Of a stretch of DNA of 64,000 nucleotides, positions 19,286 to 29,987 are shown piece by piece. The stretch spans positions 608,001 to 672,000 of the forward strand of contig CAVRCI010000002.1 in assembly GCA_963719495.1 (NCBI GenBank). Reading direction: 5' to 3'. Position 1 is the first letter of the stretch. Every line of letters begins with the position of its first letter. The DNA is from an uncultured Verrucomicrobiae bacterium. Lineage in GTDB: Bacteria; Verrucomicrobiota; Verrucomicrobiia; Chthoniobacterales; JAATET01. Position numbers and translations under genes: made by a program. The notes below the pieces were generated by a model. The model was given only the letters and a program-made list of their open reading frames with translations. It searched no databases and was not told the DNA's origin.

Positions 19286-21685
19286 ATGAAAATTGATCCT
19301 GCCCTGTTTCCGTGTGCCCGGAAGCTGTTGTTCTCACTCGTCGTCTTGGCTTTGCTGCCGTCCAGTCCCGGTCTGGCTGCGACGGTCACTGCCAAAAAAG
19401 GAGACACTTTCGTCGACTCAATCGGCATCAACATCAAGCTGGACCGTGGCCGATACGGGAATTTCTCCAGTGTCGTGAAGCCTGCCTTGGCGGATCTCGG
19501 GATTCGCCATTATCTTGACGGGAAACTCCAGTCGGTTGATCGTCCGAAATTCCAGGAACTTTGGGACGACCTGGGAATGCGTATGCTTTACGGCGCTGTC
19601 CCGTATGAAGGGACGTTGGACAACGATCCTCAGTCGATCCGCAACCGCGTCCGCACCCACTCGTTGGATTACATCTGGGGCGTCCAGGGCGTGAACGAAC
19701 CGGACATCTTTCTGGTGACGGAATTTGGCTGGTCGAACCAGGTTTATACCGACCGAAACAACGTGACCCGGACGAACACGACGTCCGAATACTTTGCGTC
19801 ACGCGCCTACCAGAACGATCTCTATCATTGGATGAACGCCGATCCGCTGACGGCAAACATCCCGGTCGGCAGCCCGGCGATGGCGTATAGCAGCAATGTT
19901 TCCAAGGTGACGCCAGTCGATGCTGATTTTGGATCGTTCCATCACTACACCAAACGAGATCGGCCGGATCTGGATCTGGCAGCGATCCTTGACCGGACGG
20001 GCTGGTATGGGGGGGCCGCGAAGATCTGCTCGGAATTTGGATGGCTGACCAGCGGGACGGGCAACGAGTTTCAGGCCGCGAAGGTGAGCGAGAAGGTTCA
20101 GGCCGAAAACATCGTCTCGGCGTTTCTCGTTTACCACCAGCGCGGCGTTCTTCGCTCCTACTTGCATGAGCTGATCGACGCGAATTGGGGGATCGTCGGA
20201 TCCGGGTCCGGCACGCCGAAGAAAAAGGCCTACTACGCTCTCCGTGACGTGATCGCCCTCTTTGCGGACGCGAGCTGGAATAGCTCGACCAAGCAATGGA
20301 GCACGCCGACGTTCACTCCGCAGCCGCTCGACATCACCTATTCGGGATTGAGCGGTCTCGCCAAAGTCCAGCTCTACCAGAAGAGCGATGGCTCCTACAT
20401 CCTGGCGTTTGCGCGGATGGCGGACCGGGTCGATGACAACGGGAACGACATCCTCGATCCCGACACGTTTGATCTCTCGATTGCCGAAGGAATTTCGAAC
20501 GCGTCCTGGCGGACGCTCGATCCGGCGACGGGGCAACTGGTTTCGTCGCCCGTGAGTGCGGTCGGCGGCACCGACGTGACTGGCCTAGTCCTGCCCGCGG
20601 GCAACGGGTTTCTGGTCTTCCGATCTGGAGCGGACGCGGGCCTTGGCGCAGCAGCCGATACGTATCTGCGACGAAATGACACTACGCCGAACGGAGGCGA
20701 GACCGAGATCGTCGTCAAAAGTAAAGTCGGTGTCGATGCCTACGAGAGGTTCGGGTTGGTGCGATTTGACACGAGCGGTGTTGCCTTGCCGGTAGGTTCG
20801 GTCGCGTTCGAGGTGGACGCAATCAGTGTGGTCGGGAACTTCACGTTTCGGGTTTTGGGGGTGAAGGAGAGTGCGGGCGACGAGAATTTCAACGAAGGAT
20901 CACTTCACTGGTCGAACTCGGTTCTGAGCGACAGCAGCGACGATGGCTACGAGAACACAAAGGTGGAGCCGATCGGAGATTTCACGCTGACTTCGAGCGA
21001 CACGGCGGTATCCGTGACATCGCAGGCGATGTTGGATTTCATCAACGCAGACACGAATGGAAGGGTCACGTTCCTGATCGCCCGTCTGACGTCAAACAAC
21101 GCGACGTCAACGTTCGCGTCGAAGGAAAATGGATCGGCTTCGGGACCCCGCTTGGTGCTCGGCGGAAGCTCGGCGGTTGAGATTCCGGCTGTGGCTGATG
21201 CCTACGTGAGGAGCGGGTCGAACGCGGGGAACAACTACGGGACTTCCTCCGAACTGGCGGTGAAAGACGACGGGGGCAACGCGAACAACACCCGGCGGGC
21301 CTTTCTCAAGTTCAGTCTGAACGGCTTCAGTAGTCCTGTCGCGAGTGCGACCCTGAGCCTGCGGGTGACGGGAGCACAGCAAAGCAACGATCCGGCGGCG
21401 GTCGAGGTGTTCAAGGTTTTCGCCGACGGTTGGGGAGAGAATTCGATTCGTTACAACAACCAACCCGCAGAGAACGGCTTGATTGCGACGTATTCCGGCA
21501 TCGACCGGAATTCCGTGGGGCTCGAGGTCGCGTATGACGTGACTGCCTACGTGAATTCGCAGATTGCCAACGACGGTACGGCCAGTTTTCAGCTCAGGCA
21601 GCCCAACAATCAGTCGATGTTCATCGCATTCGGAAGCCGCGAGGCTGCAGCGGCGGACCGACCGTTACTGATCATCCAAGAGTAG
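19286..21685 (+). CDS. Secreted clan GH-A-like hydrolase with two C-terminal DNRLRE/CBM96-like modules
   Basis: FVDSIGINI, QGVNEPD, CSEFGW, YLHELID catalytic domain; ADTYLR...FASKE...PRL and ADAYVR...FGSRE...PLL modules. Confidence 0.75.
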   Translation: MKIDPALFPCARKLLFSLVVLALLPSSPGLAATVTAKKGDTFVDSIGINIKLDRGRYGNFSSVVKPALADLGIRHYLDGKLQSVDRPKFQELWDDLGMRMLYGAVPYEGTLDNDPQSIRNRVRTHSLDYIWGVQGVNEPDIFLVTEFGWSNQVYTDRNNVTRTNTTSEYFASRAYQNDLYHWMNADPLTANIPVGSPAMAYSSNVSKVTPVDADFGSFHHYTKRDRPDLDLAAILDRTGWYGGAAKICSEFGWLTSGTGNEFQAAKVSEKVQAENIVSAFLVYHQRGVLRSYLHELIDANWGIVGSGSGTPKKKAYYALRDVIALFADASWNSSTKQWSTPTFTPQPLDITYSGLSGLAKVQLYQKSDGSYILAFARMADRVDDNGNDILDPDTFDLSIAEGISNASWRTLDPATGQLVSSPVSAVGGTDVTGLVLPAGNGFLVFRSGADAGLGAAADTYLRRNDTTPNGGETEIVVKSKVGVDAYERFGLVRFDTSGVALPVGSVAFEVDAISVVGNFTFRVLGVKESAGDENFNEGSLHWSNSVLSDSSDDGYENTKVEPIGDFTLTSSDTAVSVTSQAMLDFINADTNGRVTFLIARLTSNNATSTFASKENGSASGPRLVLGGSSAVEIPAVADAYVRSGSNAGNNYGTSSELAVKDDGGNANNTRRAFLKFSLNGFSSPVASATLSLRVTGAQQSNDPAAVEVFKVFADGWGENSIRYNNQPAENGLIATYSGIDRNSVGLEVAYDVTAYVNSQIANDGTASFQLRQPNNQSMFIAFGSREAAAADRPLLIIQE

Positions 21686-21730
21686 GCGTTTCGGCTTCGA
21701 ACGGGGCGACTACGCCGCTCTGGCCGGAAG

Positions 21731-22387
21731 TCAGTTCTCGATGAGCTCGACGTTTTCGACGGCGATCTGATTGTCCCCGTCGAGCTCGTTGCCGGTGTTG
21801 ACGAAGTCGATGGCCAATTGCTGGAGCGGCCAGTCGACTTGCTTGTTTTCGTCGCCCCACCAGACGTTCCAAAAACCCCGTCCGAGGTTGATCGTCACTT
21901 CGCCGGGGGTCTCCGGAACGGGCTTTTGCTCGGTGAAGTAAAGCTCGCCGCCGGCGTCCACCATGAACGCGCGGACCTTGATGCCCGGTTGGCGGCAAAA
22001 TGTGCGGATCCGGAGGGCGACCGATTCCCAGTCGGTCGGCACGACCGGGTCGACAAAACTCTTGTTTGCCGTGAACCGGATCGAGCCGGGCGTGGCTCCA
22101 CCCGAGCCGCCGACCGTCGACGGATAGTCGACGAGGATCGTTGATCGCCCGTCGATAAATTCTTCCGAGACGGTGACCTCGACGTCTTTGAGCGGCTTGC
22201 CGTCGAGGTTGGTGGCTTGAATCGTCCAACCGGATGACCCGGCGGTCTCGACGGGGTATTCCGCCAAGATGTCTTCGGCAGAAGCGGGGGTGGTCGTGAC
22301 GGCGGCCAGGCCGACGACGATGGTGAGGCAGAAGTGCGGAAGGCGTCGCAAATGACGGAGGCGAATGGGGGCGGGAGGAGTTTTCAT
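21731..22387 (-). CDS. Secreted hypothetical protein (possible carbohydrate-binding beta-sandwich)
   Basis: Signal peptide ending in ASA; beta-rich; follows the sulfatase in the operon. Confidence 0.6.
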   Translation of the reverse strand: MKTPPAPIRLRHLRRLPHFCLTIVVGLAAVTTTPASAEDILAEYPVETAGSSGWTIQATNLDGKPLKDVEVTVSEEFIDGRSTILVDYPSTVGGSGGATPGSIRFTANKSFVDPVVPTDWESVALRIRTFCRQPGIKVRAFMVDAGGELYFTEQKPVPETPGEVTINLGRGFWNVWWGDENKQVDWPLQQLAIDFVNTGNELDGDNQIAVENVELIEN

Positions 22388-22399
22388 TGGAGCGTGAGT

Positions 22400-23803
22400 T
22401 TAGATCGATGGGGCGGCAAATTCGAGTTCGCTTGGCTCTTTGTACCCAGGAATCTGCTGGCGGGCGGCGGCGGGCATGCCGCCGAGCATGGCTTCGACGA
22501 AGGGATCCGCGGTGTCGATCATCCAGCGCAGGAGTTGGCCGCCGAGGCGGGTGATTGCTGGCAGCGATCCGGGATCGGCCACGCGGTTGTTGAGTTCGCC
22601 GGGATCGTTCTCCAAGTCGAAGAATTGGGTGGGCTCTGCGCCGAGGCGGCCGAGGTCCTGCACAACGAGTTTGTAGCGCTCGGTAACGATGCAGCGACGG
22701 CTCCCTTGGAAACCCTGACCGTAGAACCAATCGAACCACGGATGGTGAATTTCCGCAAAAACGGACTGGTGTGGTGCGGCCTGATTGTCGCAGAGGCACG
22801 GTCGCAGGGACGTGCCGAGCATCGTGGAAGGGATCGGGACACCCGCGAGGTCTAGTAGGGTCGGCGCGAGGTCGACGGAACTCACAAGCCCTTCGACGCG
22901 TCGACCGGCTTCGATCCGTCCCGGCCAACGGCAAAGGAGCGGGACGTTGAGCGATTCCTCGTAGAATTGATTCTTACTCTGGAGCCCGTGGGAGAGGAGT
23001 TGGTCGCCGTGATCGGAACTGACGATCACCAATGTCTTCTCCGCGAGACCGAGGTCATCGAGCGCGTCGAGGAGTTGACCGAACGCGAGATCGATCCCGC
23101 GGACTTGGGCGTGATACTGGGCGAGAATCTCGCGAGCCTCGTCACGAAGGGCGGGGGGAGTGTTCTCGGGGACTTCGACGACCTCGCGGGCCTCGGCGAA
23201 GAGGTGTTCGAGCTCCGAAGGGAGGATGTCGTAGGGCTCGTGCGGCGGGTCGTAGGAAATGGCGAGCATTTGCGGTGCCCGGTCGCCGGAGGCCTTGAGA
23301 ACCTCGATGGCGCGCGCCGTCTGCGCGAAGGGTGCCCAGCTTTCATCAGCGGGGACGCGGGCTCCCTGATCATCGAAATCGTAGGGCTCGAGGCGCGGCG
23401 GGCCGCATTGGAAGGACCCGAAGGCGTGATCGAATCCCAGCCGTTGCGGACCGGGGGGAACGAAGCCGCGGGTGCCCGCGTTGTGCCACTTGCCGAAATA
23501 CGAGCATTCGTAACCGGCTCGGGTGAGGGCGTGCGCATAGGTCTCGGAGTCGGTGCGGAGCTGGATGTCGTTCGAGAGATACGGTAGGCCATCGTCTCCA
23601 CGAAGGCTGTGCGCGGGCCGACCGGTCAGCAGCGTGCCACGGGATGGCGTGCACATCGGGTAGTTGACGTAGCAACGGCGAAATGAAGTTCCTTCACGGT
23701 GGATGCGGTCGAAGTTTGGGGTCGGGACGGGCCCGCCCTCGCACGCGAGCGCCGACCGTCGGAGCTGATCCGGGAAAACAAATAGGATGTGAGGTTTCTT
23801 CAT
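22400..23803 (-). CDS. Formylglycine-dependent sulfatase (Cys-type)
   Basis: KPHILFVFPDQLR, CTPSRGTLLTG, GKWH, SSDHGD. Confidence 0.93.
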   Translation of the reverse strand: MKKPHILFVFPDQLRRSALACEGGPVPTPNFDRIHREGTSFRRCYVNYPMCTPSRGTLLTGRPAHSLRGDDGLPYLSNDIQLRTDSETYAHALTRAGYECSYFGKWHNAGTRGFVPPGPQRLGFDHAFGSFQCGPPRLEPYDFDDQGARVPADESWAPFAQTARAIEVLKASGDRAPQMLAISYDPPHEPYDILPSELEHLFAEAREVVEVPENTPPALRDEAREILAQYHAQVRGIDLAFGQLLDALDDLGLAEKTLVIVSSDHGDQLLSHGLQSKNQFYEESLNVPLLCRWPGRIEAGRRVEGLVSSVDLAPTLLDLAGVPIPSTMLGTSLRPCLCDNQAAPHQSVFAEIHHPWFDWFYGQGFQGSRRCIVTERYKLVVQDLGRLGAEPTQFFDLENDPGELNNRVADPGSLPAITRLGGQLLRWMIDTADPFVEAMLGGMPAAARQQIPGYKEPSELEFAAPSI

Positions 23804-25620
23804 TTTGTTGGAATCGGGCTGCTTCTGGTTGCCCGCGCTTCGCCGTCGTGAATGGCGTGGAGCCGGCTAAACGGGCCGTCAGCGGCGATGAGCTCGTCGT
23901 GGGTGCCGGTCTCCACAAGCTGACCATCGGCGATAACGCAGACCAGATCGGCATCGCGAATGGTCGACAGGCGGTGGGCGACGATGATGGTCGTGCGATC
24001 CCGGACGAGCTCCCGGAAGGCGGCCTGGACGAGCTGTTCGGACTCCAGATCGAGTGCGGCCGTCGGCTCGTCGAGAACGATCACCCGGGGATTTCGAACC
24101 AAGGCCCGGGCGATGGCGATGCGTTGCTTCTGACCGCCGGACAGTCGGGTGCCGCCCTCGCCAATGAGAGTCTCCCACTGGTCGGGGAGACGTTCGACAA
24201 ATTCTTCGACGTGTGCGAGGCGGACGACGCGGTCGAAATGCTCGTCGGTGACTTCAGGCGAGCCGAAGAGGATATTTTCGCGGATGGTGCCGTTGAAAAG
24301 GATAATCTGCTGTGGGACAAGCGAGAGGTGCCGACGCCAGGCTCGCATGTCGAGACGTTCCATGTCCACGGCATCGAGAAAGATCTGTCCCGCCTGCGGT
24401 CGGAGGAAGCCGATGGCGAGATTGACGAGAGTGGACTTCCCGCTGCCGGACGAACCGACGAGGGCAACGGTGCTCCCGGCGCGGAGGTGTAAGCTGAAAT
24501 CGCGAATCGCGAGGTGATCGTTCCCCGGATACTTGAAGCAGACCGACTTGAATTGGATCTCGCCCCGAACGCGGGCTGGGTGAGCTTTGCCCGCGTTGTG
24601 CTCGAGATCGGGGGATTTGAGGACGTCACCCAGCGAGCGGACGGATTCGCTCCCACGGGTGAACGTCGGGTAGAGATTGAGAAACGTATTGACCGAACTC
24701 ACGAGTAGGGCGAAGAGCGCAGAGTAGAGCACCAATCCGCCAACGGTCATCAGACCGCGACTGACTAGCCAATATCCGGCGGCCAAGACGCTAAGGTTGA
24801 AGAATTGGAAGACAACCCAGTTCGTGGACTGAAAGAGCGCATTGACGCGGTCGAGGAGTTGCCCGCGGCGGTCCACCTCTGTCACGCTCGCAGCCAGGTG
24901 GTCGTAAGCGATCTCCTCCACGCTGTGAGCGCGGGCGAGCGGCAGCATTTCGACCATTTCGCCAACCTGAACGTTCATCGCCTCGAGGTGGCGGCGATAT
25001 TCGAAGTTCCGACTTCGCATGGCACTTCTGAACGTTCGAGAAACACCGACCGTGATCGGAACGACAACGGCGAAGAACAGTAGCATTCTGGGTTCGTGAA
25101 TGCCGGTGTAGACGACGGCAAAGAGCACGTTCATCGTCGCGAGAGTTCCGGCGTTGAGCAGGTCCATCGTCATGAGCTGGATCTGCTCGACGTCGCGCAG
25201 GAGCTTGGACTGGAGGCGACTGCCGTCCGTGCCTTGATGGAAAGAAATGGAAAGCTGTTGCAGGCGACGCGTCACGGCTAGACGCAAGCTCCGCTCGGCT
25301 CCCCGCGCCGTGCGGCTGATCAGACTGATGAACGCGGTGTGCAACGGAATGTTACCCGCAATGGCGAGCGCGGTGATCGCGCCGAAAATGAGGAGATGCG
25401 TGTCGTCGCGGGACTCCGGGTGGGCCAGGGCATTGATGGCGCGCTCGGTGAGGATTGGGAAAAGCCAGACCGGACATTGCTTAACGACGAAGAGTGCCGC
25501 GATCCCGGCGTAGAATCCTGGACCACGCCCGATGAGCCGCGCGATCGTGCCCGGCAGGGTCCGCGCCGCGTAGGCAGCGTCGATCGATTCGGCGGTGCGG
25601 GATTCGGATCGAATGGTCAA
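23800..25620 (-). CDS. ABC exporter, fused permease/ATP-binding protein
   Basis: TM domain; GSSGSGKST, LSGGQKQRIAIARA, LDEPT, AHRLST. Confidence 0.93.
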   Translation of the reverse strand: MTIRSESRTAESIDAAYAARTLPGTIARLIGRGPGFYAGIAALFVVKQCPVWLFPILTERAINALAHPESRDDTHLLIFGAITALAIAGNIPLHTAFISLISRTARGAERSLRLAVTRRLQQLSISFHQGTDGSRLQSKLLRDVEQIQLMTMDLLNAGTLATMNVLFAVVYTGIHEPRMLLFFAVVVPITVGVSRTFRSAMRSRNFEYRRHLEAMNVQVGEMVEMLPLARAHSVEEIAYDHLAASVTEVDRRGQLLDRVNALFQSTNWVVFQFFNLSVLAAGYWLVSRGLMTVGGLVLYSALFALLVSSVNTFLNLYPTFTRGSESVRSLGDVLKSPDLEHNAGKAHPARVRGEIQFKSVCFKYPGNDHLAIRDFSLHLRAGSTVALVGSSGSGKSTLVNLAIGFLRPQAGQIFLDAVDMERLDMRAWRRHLSLVPQQIILFNGTIRENILFGSPEVTDEHFDRVVRLAHVEEFVERLPDQWETLIGEGGTRLSGGQKQRIAIARALVRNPRVIVLDEPTAALDLESEQLVQAAFRELVRDRTTIIVAHRLSTIRDADLVCVIADGQLVETGTHDELIAADGPFSRLHAIHDGEARATRSSPIPTK

Positions 25621-25669
25621 AGTCGCTCGAGAATATGCGGCTCACTCGTATCAGATACAGCACTTTTCC

Positions 25670-27283
25670 ATGATCCCGAATACTCCCGCCTGGCTGGCAT
25701 CATCCATCTTCTACGAACTCTACCCGCAATCATTTCTCGATACGAACGGGGATGGCATCGGCGATCTGGAAGGGGTCGTCCGCAAGCTCGACTACATCCG
25801 ATCCATCGGCTGCAACGCGATCTGGCTGAACCCGTGCTTCGAATCGCCGTTCGGCGACGCGGGTTACGACGTGGCCGATTTTTACAAAGTCGCCGCCCGC
25901 TACGGGACGAACGATGATCTGGTGCGGCTCTTTGCGGAGGCGAAGACACGGGGGATTCGAGTGTGTCTGGACCTCGTTGCCGGCCACACGTCGAATCAGC
26001 ACCCGTGGTTTCAGGAATCCTGCAAGGTCGAGCCGAACAAATACACGAACTGGTACATTTGGACGCGCAGCATCTGGGAGCAGGGGAGGTCGATCATCAA
26101 CGGCTACTGCGACCGGGACGCGAATTATCTAACGAATTTTTTCTGGTTTCAGCCGGCGCTCAACTACGGCTACGCCAATCCCGATCCCGAGAAGCCGTGG
26201 CAATTGCCGGTCGACCACCCCGACGTGCAGGCGGTGCGGGCGGAGTTGTTCAAGATCATGCGGTTCTGGTTGGACCTCGGGGCCGATGGCTTCCGGGTCG
26301 ACATGGCGGCTTCGTTGGTGAAGAACGACGGCGACTTAAAAGAGACGATGGCGCTGTGGGCGGAAGTGCGGGAGATGTTTGATCGCGATTACCCGGATCG
26401 GGCGCTCATGTCGGAATGGTCGGAACCGCTCAAGGCGATCAAGGCGGGGTTTCACATCGACTTCATGTTGGCCTTCGGTCAACCGCCGGCTTACACCGCG
26501 CTGCTGCGGAAGGAGGCGGGGCGCGATCTGAGTCCGCTCTCCGAGAAGGGCCGCAGCTTCTTCGACCGGGCGGGGAAGGGGGACGTCCGCGAATTTTTCG
26601 ACACGTATCTCGAGCATTACCTCGGGACGAAGGATCGGGGTTACATTACGATCCCATCGGGCAATCACGACGTGCCGCGGCTGGCGATGGGGCGCACGCG
26701 GGAGGAAATCGAAGCGGTTTTTGCGTTCGTGATGACGATGCCGGGGATTCCGTTTATTTACTACGGGGACGAGATCGGGCTGCGACACGCGGAGGGTCTG
26801 GTGTCGAAAGAGGGCGGCTATACCCGCACCGGGGCGCGGACGCCGATGCAATGGAATGGCGACGAAAAAGCGGGATTCTCGGTAGCTTCGGCGTCGGACT
26901 TTTACCTCCCTCTCGATCCGACGAAGGACCGTCCAAACGTCGCTGAACAAGAGGAGGACCCCGGCTCTTTGCTCAACGGCGTCCGGAAGTTGGCTGGTCT
27001 GCGCAGCGAGCACCCAGCGCTTCAGGGCGACGGGGAGCTCGAGTTGCTGCTCGCGGACGCGGGTGCTTATCCCCTGGTCTATCGGCGCTCGGACGAGGCT
27101 GGAGCGTTCGTCGTTGCGATCAATCCGGCGGGTTATTCGGTCACCGCCGAGTTCGGATTGGGCTGCGAGGTCTCGCGGCTGGAATTCCTGCTTGGTTGTG
27201 ACGTCGATGTTCATCTGACGAGCGAAGCGTGCCGGATGGAGATGCCGCCAATCACTTACTCGATTCATCGCATCCTGGAGTGA
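25670..27283 (+). CDS. GH13 alpha-amylase-family glycosidase
   Basis: DTNGDGIGDL, DLVAGHTS, DGFRVDMA, SEW, NHD motifs. Confidence 0.92.
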   Translation: MIPNTPAWLASSIFYELYPQSFLDTNGDGIGDLEGVVRKLDYIRSIGCNAIWLNPCFESPFGDAGYDVADFYKVAARYGTNDDLVRLFAEAKTRGIRVCLDLVAGHTSNQHPWFQESCKVEPNKYTNWYIWTRSIWEQGRSIINGYCDRDANYLTNFFWFQPALNYGYANPDPEKPWQLPVDHPDVQAVRAELFKIMRFWLDLGADGFRVDMAASLVKNDGDLKETMALWAEVREMFDRDYPDRALMSEWSEPLKAIKAGFHIDFMLAFGQPPAYTALLRKEAGRDLSPLSEKGRSFFDRAGKGDVREFFDTYLEHYLGTKDRGYITIPSGNHDVPRLAMGRTREEIEAVFAFVMTMPGIPFIYYGDEIGLRHAEGLVSKEGGYTRTGARTPMQWNGDEKAGFSVASASDFYLPLDPTKDRPNVAEQEEDPGSLLNGVRKLAGLRSEHPALQGDGELELLLADAGAYPLVYRRSDEAGAFVVAINPAGYSVTAEFGLGCEVSRLEFLLGCDVDVHLTSEACRMEMPPITYSIHRILE

Positions 27284-27300
27284 GGGGAGGAGTCGCCGCT

Positions 27301-29832
27301 TTGACAAAAAAGATCACATTGGGCGGAGATTGGTCGCTGCGGGACGCCACGGGAGGAGACGCAATTGCGGCTCGGGTCCCGGGCTGCGTTCACGTGGATT
27401 TGCTGGCGGCGGGGCGGATTCCAGATCCGTGGGTTCGGGACAACGAGAAGCTGATCGATTGGATTTGGCGGCGGGACTGGGTTTTCGAACGGAGCTTCGT
27501 TCTGGAGGCGTCGTTTCTCGCGGAGCCTCGCGTCCGCCTGCGCTGCGAGGGACTCGATACGTTGGCGACGATCGAGGTGAACGGGGTGGCTGTCCTCGCG
27601 GCGGACAACATGCACCGGAGGTGGGAGGTCGAAGTGAGGGCGCGGCTTCGGTCGGGCGAGAACCAGATTCGCGTGACCTTTTCTTCGCCGGAAACGCTGA
27701 TGCGGGAGAAGGACGCCGAGCGGCGGCTTTCCGCTTGGAACATTTACTCGGAAGCGTTTCGCGGGCGAAATTACGTTCGCAAAATGGCGTGCGCTTTCGG
27801 GTGGGACTGGGGGTTGGTGGCTCCGACGGCGGGGATCTGGCGGGGGATCGGGTTGGAGGCATTCGGGGGGAGAATCGAGGATTTGCGAGTCTCGCAGGAG
27901 CACGGGGATGGCCGCGTTGCGCTTCGGGTATTTGGTGAGATCGCCGGTGGCGGGAATCGGGTGGGTATCACGGTGAGCAAGGACGGCGCGGTCGTCGCGG
28001 CGGCAACGCACGAGGCTGCGGGAGGGCTTTTCGACGGCGAGTTGACGATCTCGGATCCGCGACTTTGGTGGCCGAATGGGCTGGGTGACCAGCCGCTTTA
28101 CGAGGTGCGGGTCGAGCTGCGGAAGGACGATCGGGTGCTGCACGCCACGAGTCGGCGGGTGGGGCTGCGGACACTGGAGTTGGTGCGGGAGCGGGATGAA
28201 TTCGGGGAGAGCTTCCGGTTCCGGGTCAACGGGATGGATTTCTTCGCCAAGGGGGCGAACTGGATTCCATGCGACGTCTTTCCGTCGCGGGTGAGTGACG
28301 GAACTTACGGGCGGCTGCTGGATAGCGCGGCGGCGGCGCATTTTAACATGATCCGCGTCTGGGGTGGGGGGATCTACGAGGACGATCGGTTTTACGATCG
28401 GTGCGACGAGCTGGGTCTCCTGGTGTGGCAGGATTTCATGTTCGCGTGCGGGGCTTACCCGACGTCCGACGAGGCGTTCTGCGACAACATTCGGGCCGAG
28501 GCCGTGGACAACGTTCGGCGGCTGCGTCACCACCCGTGCCTGGCGCTGTGGTGCGGGAACAACGAGATGGAGCAGGCCTTCGTCGCGTGGGACGCGAGCG
28601 CAGCAGAGTCGGAAAAGATGTCGCTGGCGGATTACACGAAGGTGTTCGACGGGATGTTGGCGGACGTCGTGCGGGAGCATGACGGGGCGACGAGCTATTG
28701 GCCCGGGAGTCCGCACACGCCGGGGGAAAACCGCGCGGATCACAACGACGAGACGATCGGGGACGCGCACACTTGGTCGGTTTGGTTCGGCGGGGAGTCC
28801 TTCGAGGCGCAGCGGAAGTGGAACCACCGGTTTATCTCGGAGTTTGGATTTCAGAGCTTCCCGGAGCCGCGGACGGTCGAGGAATTCACCGATCCGGCGG
28901 ACCGCCAGTTAAACTCGTGGATCATGGATTTCCACCAACGGTCCGCGCCGGGAAACAACACGATTTTCCGCTACCTGCTGGATTGGTTCCTGCCGCCGAA
29001 GTCGTTCGAGGATTCGCTGTGGATGACGCAGATCGTGCAGGCGATGTGCGTTCAATATGCCGTCGAGCACGCGCGGCGGATTCAGGGTCGAATGGACGGT
29101 TTGCTTTTTTGGCAACTGAACGACCTCTGGCCGGGGGCAACCTGGTCGTCGATCGACGTGGCGGGTCGCTGGAAGGCGTTGCAGTTCTTTGCGAAGCGCT
29201 TTTTCGAACCGGTGCACGTGAGCCTGTTGGAATCGATGGAGGCGTCGACGATGGCGATCCACGTGTCGAATCACCGCCCGACGAGTTTCTCGGGGAGCGT
29301 CTCGTGGGAGCTAACGACGGGCGCGGGCGAAGTGCTCGCATCGGGTGCGCTGTCGGCCTGCGTGCCGAGTCAGTCGAACGTCGAGGTCGGCGTGCTGGAC
29401 TTCGCCCGTTTCCGGGACGGGTCCGCCGAGCTACCGCTTTCCTTGGACGGGGGCGGGTCGAGACCTCGCGAGGCGGATCGAAATTTATTGCTGTGGGCGT
29501 GGCTCGACGAAGCGGACGGGCGCGAGGTCTCGAACAATTGCGCGTATTTTGCGAAGCCGAAGTATCTGGATTTGCGGGTGCCCACAGTTTCGGTCGACGT
29601 GAGGTCGATCGGCGAGGACCGCTTCGAGTTGACTTTGCGGTCGGATTTCCCGGCTCCGTGGACGCAGCTCGAGCTGACCACCTCGAGTGGGGACTTCGAC
29701 GACAACTTCTTTCATCTCCACCCGCGGCGGGACGTGAAGCTGGTGCTCCGGGTGAAGGAGCCAACGAACGCTGAGCGCGTATCCGCTGATCTTCGGATCA
29801 AACCCCTCATGATGCGTTCCTTGCCGGACTAG
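27301..29832 (+). CDS. GH2 beta-mannosidase-like glycosidase
   Basis: FGWDWG, KGANWIP, IRVWGGG, WCGNNE, SEFGFQS, WQLNDLWP; start (TTG 27301) uncertain. Confidence 0.92.
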   Translation: MTKKITLGGDWSLRDATGGDAIAARVPGCVHVDLLAAGRIPDPWVRDNEKLIDWIWRRDWVFERSFVLEASFLAEPRVRLRCEGLDTLATIEVNGVAVLAADNMHRRWEVEVRARLRSGENQIRVTFSSPETLMREKDAERRLSAWNIYSEAFRGRNYVRKMACAFGWDWGLVAPTAGIWRGIGLEAFGGRIEDLRVSQEHGDGRVALRVFGEIAGGGNRVGITVSKDGAVVAAATHEAAGGLFDGELTISDPRLWWPNGLGDQPLYEVRVELRKDDRVLHATSRRVGLRTLELVRERDEFGESFRFRVNGMDFFAKGANWIPCDVFPSRVSDGTYGRLLDSAAAAHFNMIRVWGGGIYEDDRFYDRCDELGLLVWQDFMFACGAYPTSDEAFCDNIRAEAVDNVRRLRHHPCLALWCGNNEMEQAFVAWDASAAESEKMSLADYTKVFDGMLADVVREHDGATSYWPGSPHTPGENRADHNDETIGDAHTWSVWFGGESFEAQRKWNHRFISEFGFQSFPEPRTVEEFTDPADRQLNSWIMDFHQRSAPGNNTIFRYLLDWFLPPKSFEDSLWMTQIVQAMCVQYAVEHARRIQGRMDGLLFWQLNDLWPGATWSSIDVAGRWKALQFFAKRFFEPVHVSLLESMEASTMAIHVSNHRPTSFSGSVSWELTTGAGEVLASGALSACVPSQSNVEVGVLDFARFRDGSAELPLSLDGGGSRPREADRNLLLWAWLDEADGREVSNNCAYFAKPKYLDLRVPTVSVDVRSIGEDRFELTLRSDFPAPWTQLELTTSSGDFDDNFFHLHPRRDVKLVLRVKEPTNAERVSADLRIKPLMMRSLPD

Positions 29833-29850
29833 AAAATATCTGGATTCTCA

Positions 29851-29874
29851 CGCGAAGGCGCGAAGGCGCGAAAG
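29851..29874. repeat. 3x 8-bp tandem repeat (CGCGAAGG), REP-like
   Basis: cgcgaagg-cgcgaagg-cgcgaaag just after the GH2 stop. Confidence 0.7.
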
Positions 29875-29934
29875 GGTCTCGAAGTCGACGTGGATGGGGG
29901 CGGGGCGCTCGCGGTGGCCTTCGGCCCATTCGAA
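29874..29934 (-). pseudogene. 61-bp remnant of a GH1 gene 3' region
   Basis: 53/61 nt identical (counted by hand) to 34244-34304; encodes FEWAEGHRERPAPIHVDFET versus FEWAEGYRERFGLVHVDFET. Confidence 0.8.
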
Positions 29935-29987
29935 CTTAGCAAGCGTGGCGGGTGGAACGGTTCGTCGGGCGATTAGGGCATTTTAAT

